Both the position numbers and the translations under genes were made by a program. From a virus (lineage: Duplodnaviria > Heunggongvirae > Uroviricota > Caudoviricetes > Demerecviridae): a DNA stretch of 64,000 nt. Numbering within the stretch: position 1 is the first letter of the stretch; each line of letters opens with the position of its first letter. Shown here one piece after another: positions 19,047 to 29,124 of the stretch. The stretch spans positions 48,928 to 112,927 of IMG/VR virus record IMGVR_UViG_2974620381_000001, one strand, 5' to 3'. The notes below the pieces were generated by a model. It was not told the origin of the DNA, made no database searches, and saw only the letters and a list, made by a program, of their open reading frames with translations.

Positions 19047-21377
19047 ATGAGCCATCGCATTGAAAAAGTAATTAAACGTGACGGTACTATAGAAGACTTT
19101 GCTCCTGAAAAACTCAATGGTTGGGCAGAGTATGGTTGCAAAACAGTTGATGTAAGTTGGTCAGCCATTACTATGGCTGCTCAAAAAACTCTACCTAAAG
19201 GGGTTGTAGATTCCGACACTCTGATGGACGCATTAATTAAAGCTGCTGAAAGTCTTATCAAAGATAACCCAGCATACGATGTGCCAGCAAAGGAATTACG
19301 TCTTGCGCAAATGCGTAAGCGCCTTTATGACTCTTTCGAACCACCTTCTCTACGCTTCTTCCATGACCACATGGTTAGCGTAGGTGCATGGGAAGACATG
19401 AGTGCATGGATTACCGATGAGCAATTTGAAGCTCTGAATCAGGTTATCGACCATGATCGTGACCGTCTTTTTACTAGTGGTGGGCTGAAGCAGTTCTTTG
19501 ATAAGTATTCCCGTCGTAACATAGCCACTGGTGAAATTTACGAAACCCCGCAGTTTGCCTACATGGGTATGGCAATGGCGATGTTATCTCAACCTAACTG
19601 GACAATTCTAGATGCAATCGACCTCTACAACGCAATGTCGCTCCACAAAATCAACGTTCCTACGCCGCCACTGGTTGGTCTGCGCTCTAGTGACCGTGGA
19701 TTTGCTAGTTGCTGCCTCGTGGATTCCACTGACACGTTGGATTCAATCGACACCGCCGAGCACATCGTCTTCAAAATGGTCGCAGCCAGAGCGGGAATCG
19801 GGTATCATCTTGAAAGCCGATCAATTGCTGATCCGGTGCGAAATGGGGCATTCCCGCATTCCGGAAAACTGCCATATTATCGACACATTGACCGCTCAGT
19901 AAAGGCCAATACTCAGCAAACTCGTGGTGGTTCTGCTACAGTGTCTTATCCATACTTCGACCCTGAAATCATTCAATTGATGCAGGTTAAGCAACAACGT
20001 GCTACAGATGAGAATAAAATCGATAAGATGGATTATTCTCTGAGCTTCAACAATCTTTTGTTAAAACGTTATCTGAAAAATGAAGATATTACGCTAATGT
20101 CATACTTCTATGCTCCAGAAGTTCATGAAGCGTTTTATAGTGATGACGAGGCTAAATTTGAAGAAATCTATGTGGCAGCGGAGAAACGTGTGGCATCTCT
20201 TACAAAGATCGACCACGAAGGAAAAACAGTTCCAGCAGCTCCTAAAGTCTCTGCAAAAGAAATCCTAGATACTTGGCTACGTATCCGAATGGAAACAGGA
20301 CGTATGTATGCTCATCACATTGGGGAATCTAATCGTCATGGTAATTTCCTTGATCCGATCCGTATGACAAACCTTTGTGTTGAGATTACTCAGCCTACTC
20401 GCCCGTTCCATCATATCACAGAGCTGTATAAGACAAAAGAGCAGCTTGATCAAATGAAGCCGGAGGATATTGGTGAAGTATCTCTGTGTAACTTAGGTGG
20501 TGTTGTACTTGGACGCATGGAATCTCTAGCTGAGTGGGAAAAAACTTGCTACATCCTCCTGAAATTCGTTGATACAATTATTGAAATTCAGGATTATCCG
20601 TTCCCAACTATGGAATATACGGCTAAGAAACGTCGTAATGTTGGTATTGGCCTAATGAACGCAGCAGGTGCAATGGCAGCAGAAGGTCTGGCTTACGAAG
20701 GTATTGAAGCCCGTAACTGGATTCACCGTGAGGCTGAAAAACTGTCCTACTTCCTGCATAAAGCCTCTGTACGCCTAGCTAAAGAACAGGGTGCATGTGA
20801 GTGGTTTGATCGTACTAAACCATCTAAAGGAATTCTAGTAACCGACACGTACAAGAAAACTGTTGATGAACTGGTATCCGTAGGCCTAGAAATGGATTGG
20901 GAGTCTCTACGTGCAGATATTCTGAAATATGGTATGCGTAACTCTGTTCTGACTGCTCAGATGCCGGGAGAAAGTTCCTCTGTTCTGCTAGGAGTTACTA
21001 ACTCTATTGAACCACCTCGTAAGATTGTATCTATCAAGGGTAGTGCAGTAAATAAAGTAATTGCAATTGCTCCAGGTGCAACCGATTGGGAAACGTTAAT
21101 GAGCTATAAATTGGCTTATGATGTAGATCGTATCGAGTGGATCAAATGGGTAGCAACTATGCAGAAATTCTTCAGCCAGTCTATCAGTACTAATATGTAC
21201 TACGACTACACCAAGTTTGAGAATGAAATTATTCCTGGCCCAGTAGTAGTTCGTGATTTCATGACTGCTGTTAAGTATGGGTGGAAGACTTTCTACTACG
21301 CAAACTTCAACACCGCAAATGGTGGGGGTGCTGGAGAAGAAGCAGCCGGTTGTGCATCAGGCGGTTGTACTATTTAA
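19047..21377 (+). CDS. nrdA: ribonucleoside-diphosphate reductase alpha subunit (class Ia)
   Basis: 776 aa; ATP-cone VIKRDG, active-site NLCVEI, C-terminal CASGGC redox tail; start at ATG 19047 after AAAGGAAAG. Confidence 0.9.
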   Translation: MSHRIEKVIKRDGTIEDFAPEKLNGWAEYGCKTVDVSWSAITMAAQKTLPKGVVDSDTLMDALIKAAESLIKDNPAYDVPAKELRLAQMRKRLYDSFEPPSLRFFHDHMVSVGAWEDMSAWITDEQFEALNQVIDHDRDRLFTSGGLKQFFDKYSRRNIATGEIYETPQFAYMGMAMAMLSQPNWTILDAIDLYNAMSLHKINVPTPPLVGLRSSDRGFASCCLVDSTDTLDSIDTAEHIVFKMVAARAGIGYHLESRSIADPVRNGAFPHSGKLPYYRHIDRSVKANTQQTRGGSATVSYPYFDPEIIQLMQVKQQRATDENKIDKMDYSLSFNNLLLKRYLKNEDITLMSYFYAPEVHEAFYSDDEAKFEEIYVAAEKRVASLTKIDHEGKTVPAAPKVSAKEILDTWLRIRMETGRMYAHHIGESNRHGNFLDPIRMTNLCVEITQPTRPFHHITELYKTKEQLDQMKPEDIGEVSLCNLGGVVLGRMESLAEWEKTCYILLKFVDTIIEIQDYPFPTMEYTAKKRRNVGIGLMNAAGAMAAEGLAYEGIEARNWIHREAEKLSYFLHKASVRLAKEQGACEWFDRTKPSKGILVTDTYKKTVDELVSVGLEMDWESLRADILKYGMRNSVLTAQMPGESSSVLLGVTNSIEPPRKIVSIKGSAVNKVIAIAPGATDWETLMSYKLAYDVDRIEWIKWVATMQKFFSQSISTNMYYDYTKFENEIIPGPVVVRDFMTAVKYGWKTFYYANFNTANGGGAGEEAAGCASGGCTI

Positions 21378-21388
21378 TAAAAACAAGG

Positions 21389-21420
21389 AGATCTTCGGGT
21401 CTCCTTTTTCTTTGAAATTT
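21389..21420 (+). terminator. rho-independent terminator after nrdA
   Basis: AGGAGA...TCTCCT hairpin followed by TTTTCTTTG. Confidence 0.5.
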
Positions 21421-21423
21421 TAC

Positions 21424-21452
21424 TTGCTAATCGCTACCAGATTTGCTATAAT
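21424..21452 (+). promoter_or_regulatory. T5-type promoter upstream of nrdB
   Basis: TTGCTA-17-TATAAT. Confidence 0.6.
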
Positions 21453-21483
21453 ATTCCTGAAATAGTGAGAAAGAGGAAAATCA

Positions 21484-22629
21484 ATGACTACTTTACTAAA
21501 CCTGAATTGGGATCATACTAACGCTGACCTTTTCCTGGGAGATTCTCTAGGTATCGCAGATTATGTACGTGTAGCACATCCAGAACTAGAACGTCTGGCA
21601 CTTCTGCAACGCTCTCAATTTTGGACTGAAACTGAAATCAGTCTGGAAGCAGATAAGAAACAATGGCCTAATCTCCCGCGTGAAATTCAGGAAATTACAC
21701 TCCTGAACTTAGCATGGCAGACTCAAACTGATTCCTTTATCAGTCGTGCCCCTGAAGCAGCTATTATGCCGCTTGTAAGTCGTCCAGAATTGGAAGGTAT
21801 GCTCAAACAGTGGAGCTATTTTGAAGACCTGCATAGTCGTGCTTATAGCAATATTATTCGTAATGTTCTGACTGATCCAGCAGAATTTATTGATTCTGTA
21901 ACCAAAAACCAAGAAGCATTCGCACGAATCGCTGATTCTGTTGAACTATTCGATGAACTGTACCAGTTAGGTCAGTATTTCATCGCAGTACGCGATCATC
22001 GTGGCGACAATACATATCCAGAAACTGAGTTCCCTGAAGTTAAACGTGAAACTCAGGCTAAACTATTAGACGCTTACTTTGCTATCTATGGTCTGGAAGC
22101 AATGCAGTTTTACGCATCCTTTGCATGTACCTTTGCATTAGCAGAGAACGATATTCTGCAAGGTATTGCTAAAAATCTGCAATTAATCGCTAAAGATGAA
22201 GCTCTGCACACTCAGATGTCTAAAGCAATCATCCAGATTATGTTCCAGCAGTTTGACAAAGATCTGGTAGATGAAGCAGTGGCTAAAGCACCAGCACAGC
22301 TCCTGAAAACTCTGAAAACTGAAATTGAATGGGGTCATTTCATTTTCAAAGGTCGTAGTCTGATTGGCTTGAATGCAGAACTTCTAGAAGAATATCTGTA
22401 CTTTGTGGGGCGTAATGCATTTATGCACATCGGTGTAGAATGGCCTAGTCACTTACCAGTAATCACCAAAAACCCTATTCCATGGATCATGAACTGGTTG
22501 GATACTACTTCTCTACAGCCTGCTCCGCAAGAAATCCAGATTGGTGCAGCTTACCGTGTAGGTCAGGTAACTGAGACCTCTGCTGATACTCTGAAAGATC
22601 TAGGTAATGAATTTGGAGATTTCTTATGA
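21484..22629 (+). CDS. nrdB: ribonucleoside-diphosphate reductase beta subunit
   Basis: 381 aa; ferritin-like di-iron/tyrosyl radical fold (E..H motifs, FACTFALAE). Confidence 0.9.
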   Translation: MTTLLNLNWDHTNADLFLGDSLGIADYVRVAHPELERLALLQRSQFWTETEISLEADKKQWPNLPREIQEITLLNLAWQTQTDSFISRAPEAAIMPLVSRPELEGMLKQWSYFEDLHSRAYSNIIRNVLTDPAEFIDSVTKNQEAFARIADSVELFDELYQLGQYFIAVRDHRGDNTYPETEFPEVKRETQAKLLDAYFAIYGLEAMQFYASFACTFALAENDILQGIAKNLQLIAKDEALHTQMSKAIIQIMFQQFDKDLVDEAVAKAPAQLLKTLKTEIEWGHFIFKGRSLIGLNAELLEEYLYFVGRNAFMHIGVEWPSHLPVITKNPIPWIMNWLDTTSLQPAPQEIQIGAAYRVGQVTETSADTLKDLGNEFGDFL

Positions 22630-23159
22630 TTACAGCAATGTATGCAGTTGGGCCGAATGGGGAGTTCGGCCTCCGAGGTAAACTTCCCTGGGGCTCCTTC
22701 AAAGAAGAACTAGATGCTTTCTATTCTCAACTGGACGTGTTGAATCCAGATAACATCATCATTGGTGCGGGTACTTATTTAGCTCTTCCATACGCCGTTA
22801 GAGAACGTATGATTGGAGCTTCTGACCTATTTATTCGTGCTGATCGTCCACTGCCAGACGATATTACACATGATATTTACACTCCCATATCAATGATAGG
22901 TGATACATTACCTACTTTTCTAAAAGATCAGCAAACAGTAGTTCTAGGTGGAGCTAATCTTCTTCTAGAAATGTACCAACATGGGCATATTGAAAGTGCT
23001 TTTGTATCCACAATCTTTAGTGATCAAAAACTAGAGGCAGATGTACATCTGGATAATACGATTCTAGATTACAACTATGAATCTACTCGCTTAGTTTATG
23101 CAACCGGCGCAAACAGTGATAACAGCCTGAGATTTGTACAGGAATTGGTTACTTATTAA
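22626..23159 (+). CDS. frd: dihydrofolate reductase
   Basis: 177 aa; MITAMYAVGPNGEFG...LPW N-terminal DHFR signature; overlaps nrdB stop (ATGA). Confidence 0.8.
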   Translation: MITAMYAVGPNGEFGLRGKLPWGSFKEELDAFYSQLDVLNPDNIIIGAGTYLALPYAVRERMIGASDLFIRADRPLPDDITHDIYTPISMIGDTLPTFLKDQQTVVLGGANLLLEMYQHGHIESAFVSTIFSDQKLEADVHLDNTILDYNYESTRLVYATGANSDNSLRFVQELVTY

Positions 23160-23998
23160 TGCAACAATATTTAAAAATTCTAACAGATGTAATTTTACTA
23201 GGTGAACCACGTAACGATCGTACAGGAACAGGCACAGTTTCGATTTTTGATTCCTATGCTAAGTTCGACCTACGTGAGGGATTCCCGGCTGTAACTACTA
23301 AACGCCTGGCCTGGAAATCAGTAGTAGGAGAACTCTTATGGTTCTTGTCTGGTTCCACAAACCTCCATGATCTACGTGTATTCACATTTGGTCGTGACGA
23401 AGGACAGTGGACCATCTGGACTCCAAATTATGAAGACCAAGCTATAAGTATGGGGTATGATAAGGGTAATCTAGGACCAGTATATGGTAAACAGTGGCGC
23501 AACTTTGGTGGGAGAGATCAGATTATAGAACTTATTGAAGGACTCAAGAATAATCCTCATGGCCGCAGACATCTAGTTTCTGCATGGAACGTAGCTGAAC
23601 TTGATAAAATGGCATTACCACCATGTCACTACGGCTTCCAGTGCTATGTAAGTAACGATGGATACCTAGATCTTAAATGGACCCAACGTTCTGTAGATTG
23701 TTTCCTCGGTTTACCTTTCAATATTGCTAGTTATGCTTTATTAACGCACATATTAGCAAAACTGACAGGATTAAAACCTCGCTACCTTATCTTTAGTGGC
23801 GGTGATACTCATATCTATAATGACCATATGGAACAGGTAGAAGAACAGGTAAAACGTAAACCTCGTTCTTTACCAACTCTAGTAATGCCAGAATTTGTAG
23901 ATCTCTACGATTTACTGGAGAATAATACTGCAGCTTGGTCATTCCATTTAGAGGGGTACGATCCTCACCCAGCTCTTAAAGCTAAGATGTCTTCTTAA
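23159..23998 (+). CDS. thyA: thymidylate synthase
   Basis: 279 aa; catalytic PPCH motif (ALPPCHYGFQCYV), R..R..W; followed by hairpin terminator 24006-24030. Confidence 0.9.
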   Translation: MQQYLKILTDVILLGEPRNDRTGTGTVSIFDSYAKFDLREGFPAVTTKRLAWKSVVGELLWFLSGSTNLHDLRVFTFGRDEGQWTIWTPNYEDQAISMGYDKGNLGPVYGKQWRNFGGRDQIIELIEGLKNNPHGRRHLVSAWNVAELDKMALPPCHYGFQCYVSNDGYLDLKWTQRSVDCFLGLPFNIASYALLTHILAKLTGLKPRYLIFSGGDTHIYNDHMEQVEEQVKRKPRSLPTLVMPEFVDLYDLLENNTAAWSFHLEGYDPHPALKAKMSS

Positions 23999-24005
23999 CT
24001 CAAAT

Positions 24006-24035
24006 AGCCCTTCGGGGCTATTATATTTGAAATTG
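24006..24035 (+). terminator. rho-independent terminator after thyA
   Basis: AGCCC-TTCG-GGGCT followed by ATTATATTT. Confidence 0.55.
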
Positions 24036-24098
24036 TATTTGCTTATTAAGTACAATTTCAAATATAATATACTCAATAAGTACAAAAAGGATAATAAA

Positions 24099-24482
24099 AT
24101 GAGTAAAGAAATTGAATTAGAACAAGCCCTTCTGAGTTACTCCAATTACTTGCAGAGTGATAAAGAAACTATTACTAAGGAACAGGTATTATTAATACTA
24201 GACTCTATCACTTCTAAATTCAGGACTTTAGAAGACTACTACTCTGTAGGCAATGGAGATGAGAAGGTAGAGTTACGTCTAAATCTTCTAGAAGATATGG
24301 GTTGGGACGAGGGAGATCAATTAGGATATTTAGGTATATCTACAGAAATTCTAGAAAATACAGAGCATGAAAATATACTTGAAGTAAAGAGCAGAAGTGC
24401 TATTCGATATAATACTTATGGTACAGGTATTACAGGAATAAAAGCATTACTTAGTATAGACATAGGATGGTTAGATGAGTAA
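24099..24482 (+). CDS. hypothetical protein
   Basis: 127 aa; start moved to MSKEIELEQ (ATG 24099) after AAAAGGA; track start lies inside AT-rich leader. Confidence 0.45.
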   Translation: MSKEIELEQALLSYSNYLQSDKETITKEQVLLILDSITSKFRTLEDYYSVGNGDEKVELRLNLLEDMGWDEGDQLGYLGISTEILENTEHENILEVKSRSAIRYNTYGTGITGIKALLSIDIGWLDE

Positions 24483-25023
24483 AAAGTTACCTAGCCAAGA
24501 AAGATTAAAAGAAATACTAATCTATGATCCAGATACTGGTATATTTACTAATAAGGTAAGTCGTGGTAGGGGAGGAAAAGCAGGTTCGCCAGCTGGATAC
24601 CTAAGAAAAGACGGCTATATAACTATTAAGATAGATAAAATAGATTATTTAGCGCATAGGTTAGCCTTTCTATACATGACAGGATCAATACCTGATTTAA
24701 TAGACCACAAAAATAGAATTAGGTCAGATAATAGGTGGATAAATCTAAGAGAAGCTACAAGCCAGTCTAATAACAGAAATTGTACCGCATCGAGTAAATC
24801 TGGATATCTAGGTGTACACTGGAACAAACAACTACAGAAATGGCAAGTACAGGTGATTGATAATAATGGTAAAAATATTTACGGGGGTGTTTTTGACTAC
24901 TTAGACCTAGAAAGTGCGGTCATAAAGGCTAATGAACTAAGAAAAACACTTCATGGTAACGAAGCAGTTATAGAAGATTTCTATACCAACTATTACCCAC
25001 CAATAGAGGAACTTAATAAGTGA
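24475..25023 (+). CDS. HNH homing endonuclease
   Basis: 182 aa; IDHKNRIRSDNRWINLREAT HNH motif; sits between thyA and rnh. Confidence 0.7.
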   Translation: MSKKLPSQERLKEILIYDPDTGIFTNKVSRGRGGKAGSPAGYLRKDGYITIKIDKIDYLAHRLAFLYMTGSIPDLIDHKNRIRSDNRWINLREATSQSNNRNCTASSKSGYLGVHWNKQLQKWQVQVIDNNGKNIYGGVFDYLDLESAVIKANELRKTLHGNEAVIEDFYTNYYPPIEELNK

Positions 25024-25496
25024 GCGTTTTCCACATTTACACAGATGGTGCTTGTAAGTCTAACCCAGGTCCAGGTGCTTGGGGTTTTATTGTCTATGAT
25101 GATAACGACGATCGTTTAGGTTCTAAATCTGGATATAGTCCTAAAACTACAAATAATGAGATGGAACTCACGGCTATTGTAGAGGCTCTACGTTGGTCAG
25201 TTAAAAAAGATAATAGACCAATTGTTATCTATACTGATTCTGCTTATTGCAAAAATGGTATGGAAAGTTGGATGTTTTCTTGGCAAAGGAAAGGCTGGAA
25301 GAAAGCAGATGGTGAAGTCCCTCTTAATCTAGAACTTTGGCAGGAAGCATTTAAATTAACACAGCAGTATATCAACTTTCACAATACTAATCCTACCTTT
25401 ATTAAGGTTAAAGGACATTCTGGTATTAGTGGTAATGAAGCTGTAGATGCATTGTGTAACACAGTTATTACTGAAGCTGAAATGGCCGAGATGTGA
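25020..25496 (+). CDS. rnhA: ribonuclease H
   Basis: 158 aa; IYTDGAC...E...D...GHSG..GNE.D RNase HI catalytic residues. Confidence 0.85.
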   Translation: MSVFHIYTDGACKSNPGPGAWGFIVYDDNDDRLGSKSGYSPKTTNNEMELTAIVEALRWSVKKDNRPIVIYTDSAYCKNGMESWMFSWQRKGWKKADGEVPLNLELWQEAFKLTQQYINFHNTNPTFIKVKGHSGISGNEAVDALCNTVITEAEMAEM

Positions 25497-25516
25497 TAAA
25501 TAAATTAAAAATCTTC

Positions 25517-25545
25517 TTGCTTAAAGCCCTCTAATTTAGTATAAT
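25517..25545 (+). promoter_or_regulatory. T5-type promoter
   Basis: TTGCTT-17-TATAAT. Confidence 0.6.
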
Positions 25546-25572
25546 ATTCGTATTGAAAGTGGGGAGGGCTTT

Positions 25573-25851
25573 ATGCGAATTTATAACTCAAATTCATTAG
25601 GATTTAAACCGTTGAGAAAACGTGCACAATCACCTCGTCAAATAAGAAAGGCTAATATTGGTGAGCCAGAAACACGTCTTCCACCTCCTCCAGAACAACG
25701 TTTAGTTTATCTGGATGAAGAGTTAGCTGAACGCGAAAGAAAAGCTCAAGAAGAGATTGAGCGTAAGAAAATGTGTACTGCTCCAGCGTATAATAAAGGA
25801 GCGTATCAATATGTTTCCGATGCAGAACAAGCCAAGATGGTTGGTAGATAA
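25573..25851 (+). CDS. hypothetical protein
   Basis: 92-aa ORF downstream of T5-type promoter 25517-25545. Confidence 0.45.
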   Translation: MRIYNSNSLGFKPLRKRAQSPRQIRKANIGEPETRLPPPPEQRLVYLDEELAERERKAQEEIERKKMCTAPAYNKGAYQYVSDAEQAKMVGR

Positions 25852-25867
25852 TTTTTAAAAAATTCAT

Positions 25868-25896
25868 TTGCTAAACTCTTCAAATTACCGTATAAT
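25868..25896 (+). promoter_or_regulatory. T5-type promoter
   Basis: TTGCTA-17-TATAAT. Confidence 0.6.
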
Positions 25897-25934
25897 ATAC
25901 TTCATAAATTGATAAACAAAAAGGAAAACAAATA

Positions 25935-26450
25935 ATGGCTAAGCAGAAAAACGCAAAAACTCAAGCAGCTACTACAGTTAAAACTTTCCCTCAGACTGAG
26001 GCTAACCGCAAAGCTCGTCTGGAACGCCACCTGCGCAAGCACCCTACTGATGCTCAAGCTGCACAGGCACTGAATCGTCCGGCTCCGATTCGTCAAAAGC
26101 CGAAGGCTAAGAACGCAACTCGTTCTGTAGCCCGCCTTGTGACCTATGTACAGGGTTACGGTCACAAATCTGTTCCAGTAGCACTGAGTTTCAATGCTGG
26201 AGCAGAATTGTTCCCTCGTAATGGCATGGCCATGAAAGATTACGAGAAAGCAGTTAACCAGAAACGCAAACCAACGGCAGATGTATTGCGTGATACTCGT
26301 GGACAGTTTGGTTCTGTTAAGCCAAATATCTTCGGTGTAGAGTATAGCAAAGATAACGTTCGTGCTCTGTGTTACGGTGTAGGCATTAAGTTCACGGGTG
26401 ATTCTGCTCGTAAATCTGCTAAACCAGCTCGCAAGCGTAAAGCGAAGTAA
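25935..26450 (+). CDS. basic (K/R-rich) hypothetical protein, possibly nucleic-acid binding
   Basis: 171 aa; highly basic; promoter 25868-25896; terminator hairpin 26459-26476. Confidence 0.5.
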   Translation: MAKQKNAKTQAATTVKTFPQTEANRKARLERHLRKHPTDAQAAQALNRPAPIRQKPKAKNATRSVARLVTYVQGYGHKSVPVALSFNAGAELFPRNGMAMKDYEKAVNQKRKPTADVLRDTRGQFGSVKPNIFGVEYSKDNVRALCYGVGIKFTGDSARKSAKPARKRKAK

Positions 26451-26513
26451 TAGATAAATAGGGGCAGAAGCCCCTACAATCTACTAATTCTCTAACTAAT
26501 CAAGGATATTTTT

Positions 26514-26729
26514 ATGTTCTCTAAGAAACCACGTTCTGTTACTGAAATCGTTGCTTCCTTTACCACTATCACTGATGAGCTTCAAGCTCGTATTGAGGCT
26601 GATCAAAAAATTGCTGCGGATATTCAGAAACAGCAGGAAGAACTCGCTTTAAAGTTGGCTGAAACCAACAAGAGTGAAAAATCTGCCCAAACTATTATGG
26701 AAAATATCCTTAAACTGCTGGGCAAGTGA
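26514..26729 (+). CDS. hypothetical protein (coiled-coil)
   Basis: 71 aa; terminator 26738-26765. Confidence 0.45.
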   Translation: MFSKKPRSVTEIVASFTTITDELQARIEADQKIAADIQKQQEELALKLAETNKSEKSAQTIMENILKLLGK

Positions 26730-26737
26730 TTTAAATC

Positions 26738-26765
26738 AGGGGGCGAAAGCCCCTCTTATTTGGAG
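26738..26765 (+). terminator. rho-independent terminator
   Basis: GGGGGC-GAAA-GCCCCT then CTTATTTGG. Confidence 0.5.
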
Positions 26766-26770
26766 AAACT

Positions 26771-27007
26771 ATGCGTAATTTTGTAGCAAAGAATGATTTT
26801 AACCGTGCTAGCACCCATAAGTCAGCTAGGGATTATACACGACTTTCTAGTCATGAGGTAATGGATGCCTGTTATGAAGAGCTGGAAGGTAGCTGGAATG
26901 AATGGCCCGACTTCTCTATGGAAGAGAACTGGGATGTCAGTGAGGATATGCTTCCTGGTTTTAAAGACCCCAAGAAGTGGGAGTCTATTAAAGAGACAGC
27001 TCTTTAA
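26771..27007 (+). CDS. hypothetical protein
   Basis: 78-aa ORF. Confidence 0.4.
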   Translation: MRNFVAKNDFNRASTHKSARDYTRLSSHEVMDACYEELEGSWNEWPDFSMEENWDVSEDMLPGFKDPKKWESIKETAL

Positions 27008-27035
27008 TAGTTTTCTACACAATAAAGGATAAGTT

Positions 27036-27737
27036 ATGAAAGTAAAACCATTTGGTATGCTAGATATTGAATCTCTAGGAACTCCAGGAGATTGTGGTAC
27101 TACTCATATCGCAATGCCTTCTTTCGCTTTTGTGGCTATGCATGGGATTGACAAAGACCCTGACTTAGTATTTGTTACTTTGGATGTGCAGGATCAGCTT
27201 AATTCTGGTGCCAAAGTTACAGCATCTACTCTAGCATTCTGGATGGATCAAGCTAAAAATAGCCCCTCTGCTATTCACATAATGGAAGCTATGAAGGAAC
27301 GTAATCCAAAACTGATTGCCTTCCAAAATGGTAAACATCACTGTACTAATAAGCTCGGCTCTAACTATGCTGCCTTCTCTATGGCTCAAAATATTATGGA
27401 GTTGGCTCTAGGCGAAAATGCTTTGTATTATGGCAATGGCCCAGAGTTTGATATGACTATCTACTCTGCAAACACGTTCCATGCTGGAACCAATGAAGAG
27501 GTAGTCCCGTGGAAATTCTGGAATTTGGGTAATGTTCGATCTCTTCGTAATCTCTGGATGCAAGCTGGATACAGTTATAAGGCTCTAGAGACCGAAGCTA
27601 TTAGCTGGGCAATAGCTAAAATGGAGAGGATGGACACTATTCGTTATGGGATCTATCCGGTTAAGCATGATCCTGCATTTGATGCCTTAGTTGAAAGCTA
27701 TTGTGTTGCAGCTATGATCGAAAAAATGAAAATTTGA
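27036..27737 (+). CDS. 3'-5' exonuclease, DEDDh family (putative)
   Basis: 233 aa; Exo I-like FGMLDIESLG and Exo III-like KHDPAFDA motifs. Confidence 0.5.
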   Translation: MKVKPFGMLDIESLGTPGDCGTTHIAMPSFAFVAMHGIDKDPDLVFVTLDVQDQLNSGAKVTASTLAFWMDQAKNSPSAIHIMEAMKERNPKLIAFQNGKHHCTNKLGSNYAAFSMAQNIMELALGENALYYGNGPEFDMTIYSANTFHAGTNEEVVPWKFWNLGNVRSLRNLWMQAGYSYKALETEAISWAIAKMERMDTIRYGIYPVKHDPAFDALVESYCVAAMIEKMKI

Positions 27738-27738
27738 T

Positions 27739-27767
27739 TTGCTTCCGGCCCCAAAATTCTGTATAAT
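27739..27767 (+). promoter_or_regulatory. T5-type promoter
   Basis: TTGCTT-17-TATAAT. Confidence 0.6.
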
Positions 27768-27807
27768 ATATTCATAAATTTGAGAAAACAATAAAAGGAA
27801 AACAAAT

Positions 27808-27990
27808 ATGCCAGTATCTAAAAATGTTCGTAAAAATGGTAAGAAAGCTACTCGTAATCTGGGTATCCGTCGTATGGCTGAACGTCAATCAGGTGTCCAG
27901 AAAATCTTTGATCTGCTAAATCGTGCTAATCCTAAAATTGATAACAGTAACGATACTGTTCTGCGCACTCTGCTGGCAATTGGTCTGTAA
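27808..27990 (+). CDS. hypothetical protein
   Basis: 60-aa ORF after T5-type promoter 27739-27767. Confidence 0.4.
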   Translation: MPVSKNVRKNGKKATRNLGIRRMAERQSGVQKIFDLLNRANPKIDNSNDTVLRTLLAIGL

Positions 27991-28043
27991 TAGACCAACT
28001 TTAAACAAATTCAAATCTCAAACTTCATATAAGGAAGCAAATA

Positions 28044-28682
28044 ATGACTACTCGTATCTCTAAAACTCGCGCTCTGGCAACTATCAAATCTCTGGAAGCT
28101 AAAATCCGTAAAGCTACTGAACAACAGCTTCTGATCGCTGTTGGTGAAGGTAAGGATAAAAATAAGGTTGTAGTTGGCGCTGCAATCGAAGTAGACGATC
28201 TATCTGCTCGTATTAAGGCAGATTTCCAGTCTCTGCTGGATATGATGTCCCAGCGTGATCGTATCAAAGCTGCTCTGATTAAGAGCAATGCGGAAACAAT
28301 CGTTGAGATTGGCTCTCGTAAGATGACTGTTGCGGAAGCAATTGAAGCTAAGCGTTCTATGGAACTTAAAGCTCAACTGCTGGCTAACATGCGTAAGCAG
28401 TTCCATGCTGCTACGGTTAAGTTTAACACGCAGAAAGCACAGTTTGATGCTAAATATGAGCGTTTGCAGGATAGCATGGCTACCCGCGATAAGAAAACTT
28501 CCGAAGATGAAGTTAAAATGCAGCTCAACCTGCTGGAACTCAAGAATACTCCATTCTTGATTGATCCGCTGGAACTGGAGAAGCTGATTAAGCAGCATGA
28601 CGAGGAATATCAGGACTTTGCAACAAATGTTGACTTTGTTCTGTCCGAGTCTAACGCCTCTACCTTCATTGAAGTAGAGTAA
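28044..28682 (+). CDS. hypothetical coiled-coil protein
   Basis: 212-aa ORF. Confidence 0.5.
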   Translation: MTTRISKTRALATIKSLEAKIRKATEQQLLIAVGEGKDKNKVVVGAAIEVDDLSARIKADFQSLLDMMSQRDRIKAALIKSNAETIVEIGSRKMTVAEAIEAKRSMELKAQLLANMRKQFHAATVKFNTQKAQFDAKYERLQDSMATRDKKTSEDEVKMQLNLLELKNTPFLIDPLELEKLIKQHDEEYQDFATNVDFVLSESNASTFIEVE

Positions 28683-29065
28683 TAATTTAAAAGCTAGTAA
28701 ATCGGTAGACGAAAGCCCAAGCATCTTACCTCGCAGCAGCGGTTGAAATACGAGGTTAAATAAGACCGCTGACCATACTATAAAGTATAATCTATTGGAG
28801 ATTATGTTTATTACATCAGACATTTAATCTGACACGTAAAAACAAAGCGTCGTTGATATTACCGACACAACTTCAAAGATCAACATTTAAGTATGAAAGC
28901 TGAAAAGTTTAAAGAACTCAAACTTCTAAACTTCTAAAGCTAAAAGATGCAAAGTATTCGTTGATGATTCAAACCCTAGATCAAAGGTACATGGCTCATA
29001 AGATATGGCCTGTGGCGCCTCTAGGCTGTTTATCGGTTTACTAGTTTCACAATTTAAAAATGTAT

Positions 29066-29094
29066 TTGCTAATTTACTAAATTATGTGTATAAT
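29066..29094 (+). promoter_or_regulatory. T5-type promoter
   Basis: TTGCTA-17-TATAAT. Confidence 0.6.
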
Positions 29095-29124
29095 ATATTT
29101 TTAAATTGATGAAACGAGGCTATT

